From an uncultured Clostridia bacterium (GTDB taxonomy: Bacteria; Bacillota; Clostridia; Christensenellales; UBA1242): a DNA stretch of 64,000 bases. The notes beneath the pieces are model-generated. The model was not told where the DNA came from and did no database searches. It saw nothing but the letters and a program-made list of their open reading frames with translations. The position numbers were made by a program, and so were the translations under genes. Position 1 is the stretch's first letter; every line of letters begins with the position of its first letter. Shown here piece by piece: positions 9,170-18,897 of the stretch. The stretch covers positions 4,246 to 68,245 of the forward strand of contig CALWPF010000003.1 in assembly GCA_944383355.1 (NCBI GenBank), written 5' to 3'.

Positions 9170-9608
9170 CAGTTTTTTGATATATTGCAATAAAAATCTT
9201 GCCTATACTATATTACTTATTTCCTCTAAAAACATATAAACTGGCAATATACAACTTTAATTAATAGTTTGTTACAACAAAAAGTAACACAAGCACCATA
9301 CAAATGTCAATAATGAGAATAATCATCTCTAAAACATAAAAGTACTTGTGTTACATTAATATTATTGCCGTGTAGTAGCAAATTATACATTTTTTCTAAA
9401 AAAATTTTATATCCTCTCTTGCATCTTGGAAGTACAACTAAAATTATTAAATTAATATAACAATTATGCACTAATCAAAATTATGCAAGTGTACCAAAAT
9501 TATTTTACTTTTGTAGCAAAAAAATTTATAATTAGTACAAACTGATATTGGATAATAGTTTTGTATAGCAATACACTACTATCTATCAGCAAAAAGGAGG
9601 TTTGTGAT

Positions 9609-10295
9609 ATGTTAGAGTTTTACATAGTGCTGGGTATAGCTATAGTAGCCAGTCTAGCATTTGTATTCTCATGGTCCGAAAAGAGACCTTTGTTTAGTTT
9701 TTGGTTTAAAGGTGTAGCAACAGTAACTGTAATAGCATTGGCAAGTGTAGCAATATTTGTAAATACAGAAATGGGTCTACCTGCTCTATTCTTTATGATT
9801 GGACTTGCATGTTGCATGTTGGGTGACCTTACCCTCGCACTTTTGGAGCTATTAGATGAATCAAAACGAGAAAATGTAATCACCTATGGAATGATATCTT
9901 TTGGTGTAGCTCAAGTTTTCTTTATCATTGGTATGTCAATGGTTGGAGGTTTTATGCCATGGGCAATATTAGGCGGTGTTGGTTTTGCTCTACTAGTATT
10001 CTTACTCAGCAAACCTATGAAGTTAAACTTTGGTAAATGCCTAATCCCAGGTTTAATATATGCGTGTGCACTAGCAACCAGTTTGTTTACTGCAATTACA
10101 TTCCTAGTAACATCTGGAGGAAGCACCGCTGGTATTATTTTAACAATAGGTTTTGCTTCTTTTATGATTTCCGACTTGATACTTTCCCAAATTTATTTTG
10201 GGCAAATCAACAAAAAACCATTATATATTCCAAACTTAGCAACCTACTATGCAGCAATTATACTAATAGCGTGCTCTCTATTGACTCTAGTTTAG
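9609..10295 (+). CDS. YhhN/lysoplasmalogenase-family membrane protein
   Basis: Multi-TM protein with GLACCMLGDLTL, GMISFGVAQ, FMISDLIL, TYYAA; AAGGAGG RBS before ATG 9609. Confidence 0.8.
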   Translation: MLEFYIVLGIAIVASLAFVFSWSEKRPLFSFWFKGVATVTVIALASVAIFVNTEMGLPALFFMIGLACCMLGDLTLALLELLDESKRENVITYGMISFGVAQVFFIIGMSMVGGFMPWAILGGVGFALLVFLLSKPMKLNFGKCLIPGLIYACALATSLFTAITFLVTSGGSTAGIILTIGFASFMISDLILSQIYFGQINKKPLYIPNLATYYAAIILIACSLLTLV

Positions 10296-10304
10296 GAGGA
10301 GAAT

Positions 10305-10760
10305 ATGCAAGATAAAAAACAATATTTCTTTGCCTATGGTACAAATATTTCAAAAGATATTTTGACCAAAAACTGTCCTGGTGCAGAACTAATCGGCTAT
10401 GGAATGCTCAACAATTATGTACTAGAATTTCGAGGTTATAACAACCATGCAATTGCAAATCTTGCAAAGCAAAAAAACGAGGTACTCCCTGTTGCGGTAT
10501 GGGACATGCCACCAGAAAGCAGATACACCATAGATAATTTTGAGAAATTCCCCTATTTGTATAAACACAAAAGAGTCAAGGCAGTAATAAATGGCAAAAA
10601 GATTAAAGGCATAATTTATATTCTCAAACAAGAGTTACCACATGGTACACCTAGTGAAGACTATTTACAAACATTACGAAACGCCTATCAATCCGCTGAA
10701 TTTGACGAATATTACATTAATAGTGCACTAGAACGTAATAAAAAATATAATCAGGAGTAA
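10305..10760 (+). CDS. Gamma-glutamylcyclotransferase family protein
   Basis: YFFAYGTNI, IDNFEKFPYLY with the catalytic Glu, GTPSEDYLQTL. Confidence 0.85.
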   Translation: MQDKKQYFFAYGTNISKDILTKNCPGAELIGYGMLNNYVLEFRGYNNHAIANLAKQKNEVLPVAVWDMPPESRYTIDNFEKFPYLYKHKRVKAVINGKKIKGIIYILKQELPHGTPSEDYLQTLRNAYQSAEFDEYYINSALERNKKYNQE

Positions 10761-10763
10761 CTA

Positions 10764-11924
10764 ATGAAATACGAATTCCCCGACTATGACAACTGTTGTG
10801 TAAATATCATATCAAGTGTGAGTAAATATTTTGGACTAAATCCATATCATTCTACACTACCATTGGTAGATAAAGAATTAAAAAAAGGTTACAAAAATGT
10901 GGTGGTATTGCTACTAGATGGAATGGGTCAAGATATGCTTGCACGCCAGTTACCACAAGACAGTTTCCTACGCACATATTTTTTGCAAGAATTAAGTGCA
11001 GTATTTCCTAGCTCTACTACCCCATCAACAGTTAGTTTCAAGTCTGGGCTCACCCCATTAGAACACGGCTGGTGGGGACATTACTTGTATCTCAAAGAAG
11101 TTGGCTGTAGTACTAACCTATATCTCAACACAGAGACCTGTTCCAAAAAAAATGTGCATATGCGTAATGTAGCTCACAATGTAATGCCTTATGAAACCAT
11201 ATTAGATCAGATAGACAAAATCACACCTCCTAGTACACATTGTTATGCTATTTGTAATGAAGAAGCTAGAGATGAGGCTGGAATAACACAGATTACATAT
11301 GCTACTTTTGATGAGATGAGTGATTATATATACACTCTCACACAAAATCCTGGAGGCAGATACATATACGCATATCATAATTTCCCAGATGATATGATGC
11401 ACAAAAAAGGTCCTTATAGCAATGAGGTCGGTAATTTGATGGCTGAATTAGATGCGCAAGTAGAATATCTATGCAAGCGTTGCTCTGATACTTTATTTTT
11501 GATATCTGCTGATCATGGGCAGACTGAGATACATGAGGTACGAGACATAGCTGATTATCCTGATGTTTGCGATTGTATGATTATGCCACCAACAGGTTTG
11601 TCAAGATGTTTTAATTTTTATATAAAAGCAGATAAACGACAGGAATTTGTAAAGTTGGCAAAAAAATATTTTAGTGATAAATTCTTGCTATTTTCAAAAA
11701 AAGAAGTGCTAGAAAAAGGTCTATTGGGCAAAGGTAAGCAACATTATAAAATTGACGATACCCTTGGTGATTATCTATTAGTTGCTATAGATGATTGCAA
11801 TCTAGCAATGACTACCCTATACGAATTACCTATAATCCAACCAATAGGCAATCATGGTGGATTAACAGTACAGGAAATGCGAGTACCACTTATTATGTAT
11901 GGCGAAAAAATACATAAAAAATAA
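10764..11924 (+). CDS. Alkaline phosphatase superfamily / nucleotide pyrophosphatase-phosphodiesterase
   Basis: LLLDGMG, AVFPSST, PDDMMHKKGP, ISADHGQ, GNHGGLT..EMRVP. Confidence 0.88.
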   Translation: MKYEFPDYDNCCVNIISSVSKYFGLNPYHSTLPLVDKELKKGYKNVVVLLLDGMGQDMLARQLPQDSFLRTYFLQELSAVFPSSTTPSTVSFKSGLTPLEHGWWGHYLYLKEVGCSTNLYLNTETCSKKNVHMRNVAHNVMPYETILDQIDKITPPSTHCYAICNEEARDEAGITQITYATFDEMSDYIYTLTQNPGGRYIYAYHNFPDDMMHKKGPYSNEVGNLMAELDAQVEYLCKRCSDTLFLISADHGQTEIHEVRDIADYPDVCDCMIMPPTGLSRCFNFYIKADKRQEFVKLAKKYFSDKFLLFSKKEVLEKGLLGKGKQHYKIDDTLGDYLLVAIDDCNLAMTTLYELPIIQPIGNHGGLTVQEMRVPLIMYGEKIHKK

Positions 11925-11943
11925 ATGGTAGTTTTATAAATAT

Positions 11944-11976
11944 AAAATACAGGTACAAATACCTGTATTTTCTTTT
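11944..11976. terminator. Bidirectional terminator
   Basis: AAAATACAGGTA-caaa-TACCTGTATTTT. Confidence 0.8.
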
Positions 11977-12016
11977 GATTAAAACAATTTTTGCGAATAG
12001 TTTATCTAATCTAAAC

Positions 12017-12646
12017 CTACATATTTGAAATAATATTTAACAACTGTTGTCCACTCTCTGCAAAATTTTTCTCGCTCATTACACTATCAGCACCATACCC
12101 CCAACTCACAGCTATAGTCCGTAAACCATTTTCTTTGCCTCCCAAGAGGTCATTAGTGGTATCCCCTACCACCACAGTTTGCTCTGGAATCAAAGCTTGC
12201 TCTATTAGAATTGATTTTATTAATTCACCTTTGCTTTGATATGGATTATCTACATTATCTCCATACACCTTATCAAAATAGTGCAATACTCCCAAGGTAG
12301 ACAATTCTTTTTTTACAACAGACTCTATTTGTAAACTAGTAACAAATAACCTATATCCATTCGCTTTTAAATAATCCAACACAAAAACAATGTCGGGCAT
12401 AAGGGTCACATCATGTACTGCAACTTCTTTGTATATATTATTGTAATCAGCCATTACTTTATATTTTTTATCTTCGCCAAAATATTTGCCAAAAGTATTG
12501 ATTAGTGGTGGTCCAATCAATTGCAAAAAATCAATATTACTAGCATCTACATCATATAAATCAAATAATCTTTGCAGTACACCAACTTGCAGCTTAGTAC
12601 AATTGATTATAGTACCATCAAGGTCAAATAAAACATTCTTTATCAA
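12017..12646 (-). CDS. HAD-family hydrolase (phosphoglycolate phosphatase/5'-nucleotidase-like)
   Basis: FDLDGT, IGPPL, VGDTTND, VSWGYG. Confidence 0.9.
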   Translation of the reverse strand: MIKNVLFDLDGTIINCTKLQVGVLQRLFDLYDVDASNIDFLQLIGPPLINTFGKYFGEDKKYKVMADYNNIYKEVAVHDVTLMPDIVFVLDYLKANGYRLFVTSLQIESVVKKELSTLGVLHYFDKVYGDNVDNPYQSKGELIKSILIEQALIPEQTVVVGDTTNDLLGGKENGLRTIAVSWGYGADSVMSEKNFAESGQQLLNIISNM

Positions 12647-12675
12647 ATCAAACCTCTAATATTTGCACATTTAAT

Positions 12676-14292
12676 CTATATTACATCTTTATCTGTCAAT
12701 CTAGTAAACAACGGCTCCAAATGTGGTAACTTCTTGTCACCGACAAAATCAAAAACTTGCCACTTTACACTATCTATTCCCAAAGTGTCACGCATCTTTT
12801 TACAACAAAAAGGCATAAATGGTTCCAATAATATACTCAAATTGGCTATCATATAAGTACAATTGAATATTACATTATTAAACTCTGTTTTGTCAGACTC
12901 TTTAAAAAGTACCCATGGTTGCTTACTGTCAAAATATTTATTACCATCGTCTACAAAGCGCATAACCTCTTGTAGAGCATCTTTGAAATTAGCAGACTCA
13001 ATACTTTCCCCAACATTTTTAAAAGTACGCTCTAGATTGTCCCTTATCTCTTTATCAAGCACTCCGGCAGGAATGTAATTATCCAAGCCTTTGTAATTTA
13101 ATGTACGATTGACAAAGTTACCAAATTTATTAACAATCTCACCATTATGCAAATTATGATACTCCTCAAAAGTAAAATTGCTATCTCTCTTTTCTGGTCC
13201 ATTAGCTATACAAAAATATCTCAAACTATCAGCGTCAAATTTTGCTAGCATATCTAACATTGGCCAACCATTGCCCTTGCTTTTGCTAATTTTTTCACCA
13301 TTAATATTTAAAAACTCTGTACTTACACAAACATCAGGCAAATAAAATTTTGAGTTTACAGCCATCAACAAAGCAGGGAAAATAATTGTATGGAATACTA
13401 TATTATCTTTACCGTGACACATATAAATTTTATTTTTATCATCGCCTTGCTTGTACCAAAAATCTCTCCAATCTAATCCATGCTCCTCACAATAGCGTTG
13501 TACTGCAGTCACATAACCCCACACTGCCTCAACCCATACATAAATTCGTTTGTCCTCATACCCATCAATTGGTACAGTGACACCCCAATTGAGATCACGA
13601 GTGACGGCACGATCGACCAAACCTTCTTTTAGGAATTTTTCAGTCTCATTTACGGTATTTTTTCTCCAGTACTTTGAACATTTGTCAAAATGCTCTTTTA
13701 GTGGTTGCTCCAATTCACTTAGCCTAAAATATAAGTTTGTATTATCCCTAATCTCAGTTTGACTACCACAAATTCTACACTTACCTCGCAATAAATCTTG
13801 TGCTTGGAATACATAATCACAACTACCACACTGGTCGCCTTTTGATACTGCGCCACACTTTGGACAGATTACCTCCACCTCACGATCATAGATAAACTTT
13901 TTACATGTAGGGCAATAACTTGCCTGCTCAGTCTTTGGGTATAGATAACCATTTTTTTGCAATTCCAAAAACATCTCGTGTACTTTCTCATGATGATATG
14001 GGTCTGCAGTTAGTGTATAAAGGTCATAAGACATTCCTAATTTTTTAAAAACCTCACAATATTGCTCATGATATCTTCGTACTATTGCCTCTGGAGTAGT
14101 CTTTTCTCTAATAGCACGCTCTGTCGTAGGTGTACCGTGGCAATCAGTACCGCTCACAAAACACACTCTATCTCCCTTGGCTCTATGATACCTAGCCAGC
14201 ACATCACCACCAATATATGCACATATATGCCCTAGATGTATGTCACTATTAGCATATGTCCAGGCAGCACCTATAACTACATTTTTGCTCAT
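12676..14292 (-). CDS. metG: Methionine--tRNA ligase (two-knuckle MetRS2 type, no C-terminal dimerisation domain)
   Basis: YAN..IHLGH, SGTDCHGTP, four CxxC, RDLNWGVTVP, GKDNIVFH, KISKS; start moved to the ATG after AAGGAG. Confidence 0.95.
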   Translation of the reverse strand: MSKNVVIGAAWTYANSDIHLGHICAYIGGDVLARYHRAKGDRVCFVSGTDCHGTPTTERAIREKTTPEAIVRRYHEQYCEVFKKLGMSYDLYTLTADPYHHEKVHEMFLELQKNGYLYPKTEQASYCPTCKKFIYDREVEVICPKCGAVSKGDQCGSCDYVFQAQDLLRGKCRICGSQTEIRDNTNLYFRLSELEQPLKEHFDKCSKYWRKNTVNETEKFLKEGLVDRAVTRDLNWGVTVPIDGYEDKRIYVWVEAVWGYVTAVQRYCEEHGLDWRDFWYKQGDDKNKIYMCHGKDNIVFHTIIFPALLMAVNSKFYLPDVCVSTEFLNINGEKISKSKGNGWPMLDMLAKFDADSLRYFCIANGPEKRDSNFTFEEYHNLHNGEIVNKFGNFVNRTLNYKGLDNYIPAGVLDKEIRDNLERTFKNVGESIESANFKDALQEVMRFVDDGNKYFDSKQPWVLFKESDKTEFNNVIFNCTYMIANLSILLEPFMPFCCKKMRDTLGIDSVKWQVFDFVGDKKLPHLEPLFTRLTDKDVI

Positions 14293-14390
14293 AATATCTT
14301 TTGACTCCTTATACTCTTCACTTTTTAACATAATACCACATTCACATCAAAAAGTAAACTCACTTATTTAAATTTAGCATATAAGTATAT

Positions 14391-14424
14391 AAAAGAGCTA
14401 TCCTCATCATAGAATAGCTCTTTT
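14391..14424 (-). terminator. Terminator downstream of the orphan gene pair
   Basis: AAAAGAGCTAT...ATAGCTCTTTT inverted repeat. Confidence 0.7.
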
Positions 14425-15226
14425 AATTCATAAAAGTAGGAGTATTAGCGTTTGTAACTAAGCCATCGTCTAATTGATGCATTACACTATCCAATTCCTC
14501 ATTTAATTGAGTACTATCTGGCACACTTGCATCAACTATATCACGCATCAACATTTTACTAGCCTTCTGGATATCATTCTTTATACCTGGGTCAGAATAG
14601 TGCATCTCAGAGATCAGTTGAGATAGAGCAAAAGAAGCATTGTGATAAGCACTAATCCTATCCTTTGCGTACTCATTGCCAAAATCAGTATCTTGCCCCA
14701 CAAAATCAAAGAAATCAACATAGTCCCTAATATTTTTTAACCTTTGGGCAGGAGTCATACACATCTGCATACCCAACACCTTTAATTTATCGCTATTTAT
14801 AGGCTGTATGTTGACTCCCAATCCACCTGCAAAAAAATTTTTTCGAGCTGCATCATTACATCTAGACACATCTAATGTTACAACAGACTTTGGGTCACAA
14901 AGTCTCACTACATCAATTGTGGAAGGTAAATGATTTTCATCTGCTTTCTTGCATTGTAAAACCATAAAATAATCTTTGGATACCAAATCTCTATCTGGAT
15001 CAATACTTTTCCTTGTCCCGTCAGGCATAACCATACAATAACAATTGCCCAATTCGGTATTATAATGCATTAGTATCCCCTGCACAATATTAGCGTCATC
15101 AGTTACCACTGTGTCATACAATGCTCCACCAATTATATTCTGTTTACATAATTCTATAGTATCTTGCTTATCCATCAATTTGTCTCTATGTATGCTATAT
15201 CTCAAGTAAGTAATCATATATTCCAC
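14423..15226 (-). CDS. Hypothetical protein
   Basis: 267-aa ORF with a purine-rich RBS region and a downstream terminator; no recognisable motif. Confidence 0.75.
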   Translation of the reverse strand: MEYMITYLRYSIHRDKLMDKQDTIELCKQNIIGGALYDTVVTDDANIVQGILMHYNTELGNCYCMVMPDGTRKSIDPDRDLVSKDYFMVLQCKKADENHLPSTIDVVRLCDPKSVVTLDVSRCNDAARKNFFAGGLGVNIQPINSDKLKVLGMQMCMTPAQRLKNIRDYVDFFDFVGQDTDFGNEYAKDRISAYHNASFALSQLISEMHYSDPGIKNDIQKASKMLMRDIVDASVPDSTQLNEELDSVMHQLDDGLVTNANTPTFMN

Positions 15227-15249
15227 CCCTAACTTAAGTTATTAAAAAA

Positions 15250-16038
15250 TCAATTTATGCTCAATACAGTTTGCTGAATTTTATTGTCCTGGGCAGTCTG
15301 CATAGTAAAGCGGTCCTTCACTCTATCCTCCAAGTACTCCTGCTCATATATTCTTGTATCCAAATCATTCAAACAACGCTCAAGCCCATTTATGTTCTTT
15401 GGTAACTCACCAATCTTGCCAGTACCAATCCTTGCTCCCCAAAATACCACTTGCTTCATAATTTTAGAATACAAAAATTCTTTATTATCATACTCAAAAT
15501 AAAAATCTTGCTTTTGCCTGTCTAAGGCCTTTGTCAATTGCTCTATATATTCACAAACCAATTTAATATTAGATTCTATTGCTTTTTCATTTTTTTGTAA
15601 AACATTAATCCTCGAAATCTTAACATCAAAGTTTTGCCTGTCTATGTCGACATCTGCATTATCATCAGTTCGCCTCAAACGTAATTGTTTATATAGCTCT
15701 CTGCGTTTACTATCAACATCGCAAAATTTTAAAACTTGGTTAGTTAAATCATCAATCGAAATACAGATATTTGCATATAATGTGCGCCTGCGTCGATCAG
15801 CAGATATATCCCCAAACAGCGGATACAAATCATACCCATCATCAATTTTTGCTACATCAAATATGTCACCTGTACGCACATATTGGGGATCTATATTCAG
15901 CTTGTTAGATGCAATAACGCACATCTCCTGTCTATCCAAACTAGCAAAAATGTAGGCACCATTTAAGTCTGGTTTATTCAAAGAATAACCTCTCAATACT
16001 ATATATCGTTTATCTGATAACTTTGGTAATTTTTGCAT
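15250..16038 (-). CDS. Hypothetical protein (central coiled-coil-like region)
   Basis: 262-aa ORF with a GAGGGG RBS; no recognisable motif. Confidence 0.75.
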   Translation of the reverse strand: MQKLPKLSDKRYIVLRGYSLNKPDLNGAYIFASLDRQEMCVIASNKLNIDPQYVRTGDIFDVAKIDDGYDLYPLFGDISADRRRRTLYANICISIDDLTNQVLKFCDVDSKRRELYKQLRLRRTDDNADVDIDRQNFDVKISRINVLQKNEKAIESNIKLVCEYIEQLTKALDRQKQDFYFEYDNKEFLYSKIMKQVVFWGARIGTGKIGELPKNINGLERCLNDLDTRIYEQEYLEDRVKDRFTMQTAQDNKIQQTVLSIN

Positions 16039-16306
16039 ATTGCATTCCCCTCATTAACTGCAATTGATAATAGTATCCTACCCTCAATCACAACTATTCA
16101 CTCTCGAATACAAGTTTATCACCGATCCGTCCAAAAGTCAATATGCAAATTGTTAGATTGTACACCCCAAAATTGAACTAGCAAGCTAAAATAGTAATCA
16201 TAGTATAATGCTTTGCCAAGAATATTTACATTATCAATTTAACTAATACGTAACAGCAAAATTATTTATTTGCAATAAAAAAATAGGTATGTAACCTATT
16301 TCACAA

Positions 16307-18088
16307 TTATCGTTCACTTGATATGTTGGTAATCAAATCTTCCCACAACTTACGAGTATTCCTAGGCAATTTAACACTCTTATAATTCTTTTGAATATAA
16401 GTCTTTACTCTTCTAGATAATTCCTCTCTAAAGTCAACAGGAAGTCTAAGATTATTATTGGTTGCGTACTCTCTAATTTGCTCAAGTAAAGGTCTAGCAG
16501 TATCTATCTCAAAGTCATCACCAAGCAAACCTGCTAAGTAATTACCTGCACCGTACGCATATATCTCATAAGGAAAAACATCTTCTATAGTCTGGAATTT
16601 ACCAAACTGGTCCAAACAAAATACCTTTTGACTGGCATTGCTATAAGCATGCTTATAAAGATATTTGCGCATATCCTCACCATGTGCATCTGCAGATAGC
16701 AACACGTTTGGCAATCCCCTACCTTTACCTAGTATTTGCGCTACACCATCTATACCATTATCCCCTGTTGCTACAAACACTACTTCATCAAAATTTTGAT
16801 ATTTTCCTGTACTTACCAAATAATTCCTAATAATGTTTAAGTAATTTTGGTCAGCATTTGACATGACAATCACCGCATTGCTACCATTCAAAATACTACG
16901 AGATATATCAATACCCACAGCACTCTCTATTGGGAACAAAGAATCTTCGTTACTACGCTCAGAATTAACAGACAAATCATTTGAGACGATACTATGTCCC
17001 TTGTCATCTTTGTACACAACTTTTGTCCTATTCAAATGCTCTGTAGGCAACATAAAACTTGAGTGCGTAGAATAAATAATTTGATTTTTCTTAGAAAGTT
17101 TTTCAAAGAAATGTACCAAATCTCTCTGTGCTAAACTATGTAATGTCATACCACTCTCATCAAGCAACAGCACTGTATTGGTATAAAAGAACTCACTCTC
17201 CAAAGAGAACACCAAGAAGAATGATAAGAACCATTGCATTCCTACACTACGCTCTTCTAAAGGTGCACGATTACCCTTGTCATCTGTTACCCAAATTTTT
17301 AGATTATCGCCATCAAATGTAAACTCAAACTTGTACTTACCTTGATGCCACCAACGATTAAAATCATAAGATAAACGCTCACCAGCATCTGCAAATATCC
17401 TCTTGTATTTGTCTTGAGTATCCATCAACCTACGCAAATCACTACTTGACAAATGTGCCGCATCTTCTTGACTCTTGCTCAATGTAGGTAAATCGTTAGC
17501 CAACATCTCTGGAGTAATACCAATGTACATTAACAACAATTTTATAGTACGCCTCTTTGTGGTACTGAGGGCATTAACTCCACTCTTGTTAAACTTTGCT
17601 AACATCTGTGGCAAATAAATATTGCTATCTAGATTACCATAATTGCTATAGTAAATAAACCCTGGCATTAACCTTATAAGCAAACCATATAATTTATCCT
17701 TTTGCGCCTCAGGAACATTTACTGGTACCTCTATGATATACTTTCCGCTGAGCGTTCGAGATATCAAACATGAATCAAAAGGTTTGATATTTGGAAAATG
17801 CTTTCGTAACTGAGCTAAATCATTTGGCTCCAATCTAAACTTAGCTGTAATAAATACAGGCAGTTCATCAGAATCCATTATCTCATCAAATTTATCACGA
17901 GGTAAATCACTGTGCACTATACGATTATCTATCCTAAATGCTGGTTTTAACTTCCACAATGCTTTTAGTAAGTTACTCTTACCTGCCTCGTTTACACCAG
18001 CAATGGCAGTAACATCTTGACAACTCACCCAACCAGAATTCCAAATTGAGCGAAAATTTTGCACTTTAAAAAGACTTAGTTTCATCAT
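16307..18088 (-). CDS. OLD-family ABC-type ATPase with a degenerate TOPRIM-like C-terminus
   Basis: VQNFRSI, Walker A GVNEAGKS, signature RSVGMQW, Walker B LLLDE, H-loop STHS. Confidence 0.8.
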   Translation of the reverse strand: MMKLSLFKVQNFRSIWNSGWVSCQDVTAIAGVNEAGKSNLLKALWKLKPAFRIDNRIVHSDLPRDKFDEIMDSDELPVFITAKFRLEPNDLAQLRKHFPNIKPFDSCLISRTLSGKYIIEVPVNVPEAQKDKLYGLLIRLMPGFIYYSNYGNLDSNIYLPQMLAKFNKSGVNALSTTKRRTIKLLLMYIGITPEMLANDLPTLSKSQEDAAHLSSSDLRRLMDTQDKYKRIFADAGERLSYDFNRWWHQGKYKFEFTFDGDNLKIWVTDDKGNRAPLEERSVGMQWFLSFFLVFSLESEFFYTNTVLLLDESGMTLHSLAQRDLVHFFEKLSKKNQIIYSTHSSFMLPTEHLNRTKVVYKDDKGHSIVSNDLSVNSERSNEDSLFPIESAVGIDISRSILNGSNAVIVMSNADQNYLNIIRNYLVSTGKYQNFDEVVFVATGDNGIDGVAQILGKGRGLPNVLLSADAHGEDMRKYLYKHAYSNASQKVFCLDQFGKFQTIEDVFPYEIYAYGAGNYLAGLLGDDFEIDTARPLLEQIREYATNNNLRLPVDFREELSRRVKTYIQKNYKSVKLPRNTRKLWEDLITNISSER

Positions 18089-18194
18089 TTTTCTCCTTGT
18101 GTTTGTTGCCTCACGGCAAGATTTATTAGGTTGATTGCTTCACAGCAAGCATAAAACAACAATAACTAATCATTATTAAACTAACTTTATTATA

Positions 18195-18767
18195 CTATTC
18201 ATCTCTATGTTTTTTAGCTATAATATACAATGCTAATAGTATTACGAATATTAAACCAAATACTACAGCAAATAACCAAACCATTATTGCAGAGTTTAAT
18301 ACCGCTATAAGATTGTACATAAATTCTGACTCTTGCCCCACAATACCTATATAAAGAGCTGTATTAACGCTCTTGGTCTCGCTTGCATTACATGTATTGT
18401 CCGTAACATATACTCGGTAATTATCTGCATCTACTCTAATTACTTGTCCCAAGCTGTAAGTCTTTATCTCATCATTACCAGTATTATAAACGATATAATC
18501 TCCCTGTTGTATCTCCTCAGCCGGTATAGCGTGTACCACTATTTTATCCCCAGTAACATAGGCTGGTGACACAACATCAGTATCCACCTCCATGGCACTG
18601 TATCCAAATACATTCCCCTCACTCACATCACTAATAGTGACAGCATGCCAGATTGAGCAAAGCAACCCAAAAGCAAATAAAAAAGCAAACACAACAATCA
18701 AAAAGACACAAGCCCCAGATGTTAAAAACTTGCCTCTGCTATTTTGCTCTCTCGTTTTTTTGCTCAT
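18195..18767 (-). CDS. SipW-type signal peptidase I homolog lacking catalytic residues
   Basis: N- and C-terminal TM helices; VFGYS...V....P....GD.IVV...EEIQQGDYIVY...YIG.V layout. Confidence 0.6.
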   Translation of the reverse strand: MSKKTREQNSRGKFLTSGACVFLIVVFAFLFAFGLLCSIWHAVTISDVSEGNVFGYSAMEVDTDVVSPAYVTGDKIVVHAIPAEEIQQGDYIVYNTGNDEIKTYSLGQVIRVDADNYRVYVTDNTCNASETKSVNTALYIGIVGQESEFMYNLIAVLNSAIMVWLFAVVFGLIFVILLALYIIAKKHRDE

Positions 18768-18897
18768 AAGACACCTTTTACTACCTTTTTATTTAGGATA
18801 ATAATAACACACAATGCCATTTTTGACAACTTTTTTGCTATAGATTTCGTATTGATAACACAAAGAGGTGCGCTAAAGCACGCACCTCCTTATATTA

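Noticed and set aside
14293-14390. T-box or SAM riboswitch upstream of metG
   Set aside because: The region is too short and has no T-box or S-box consensus
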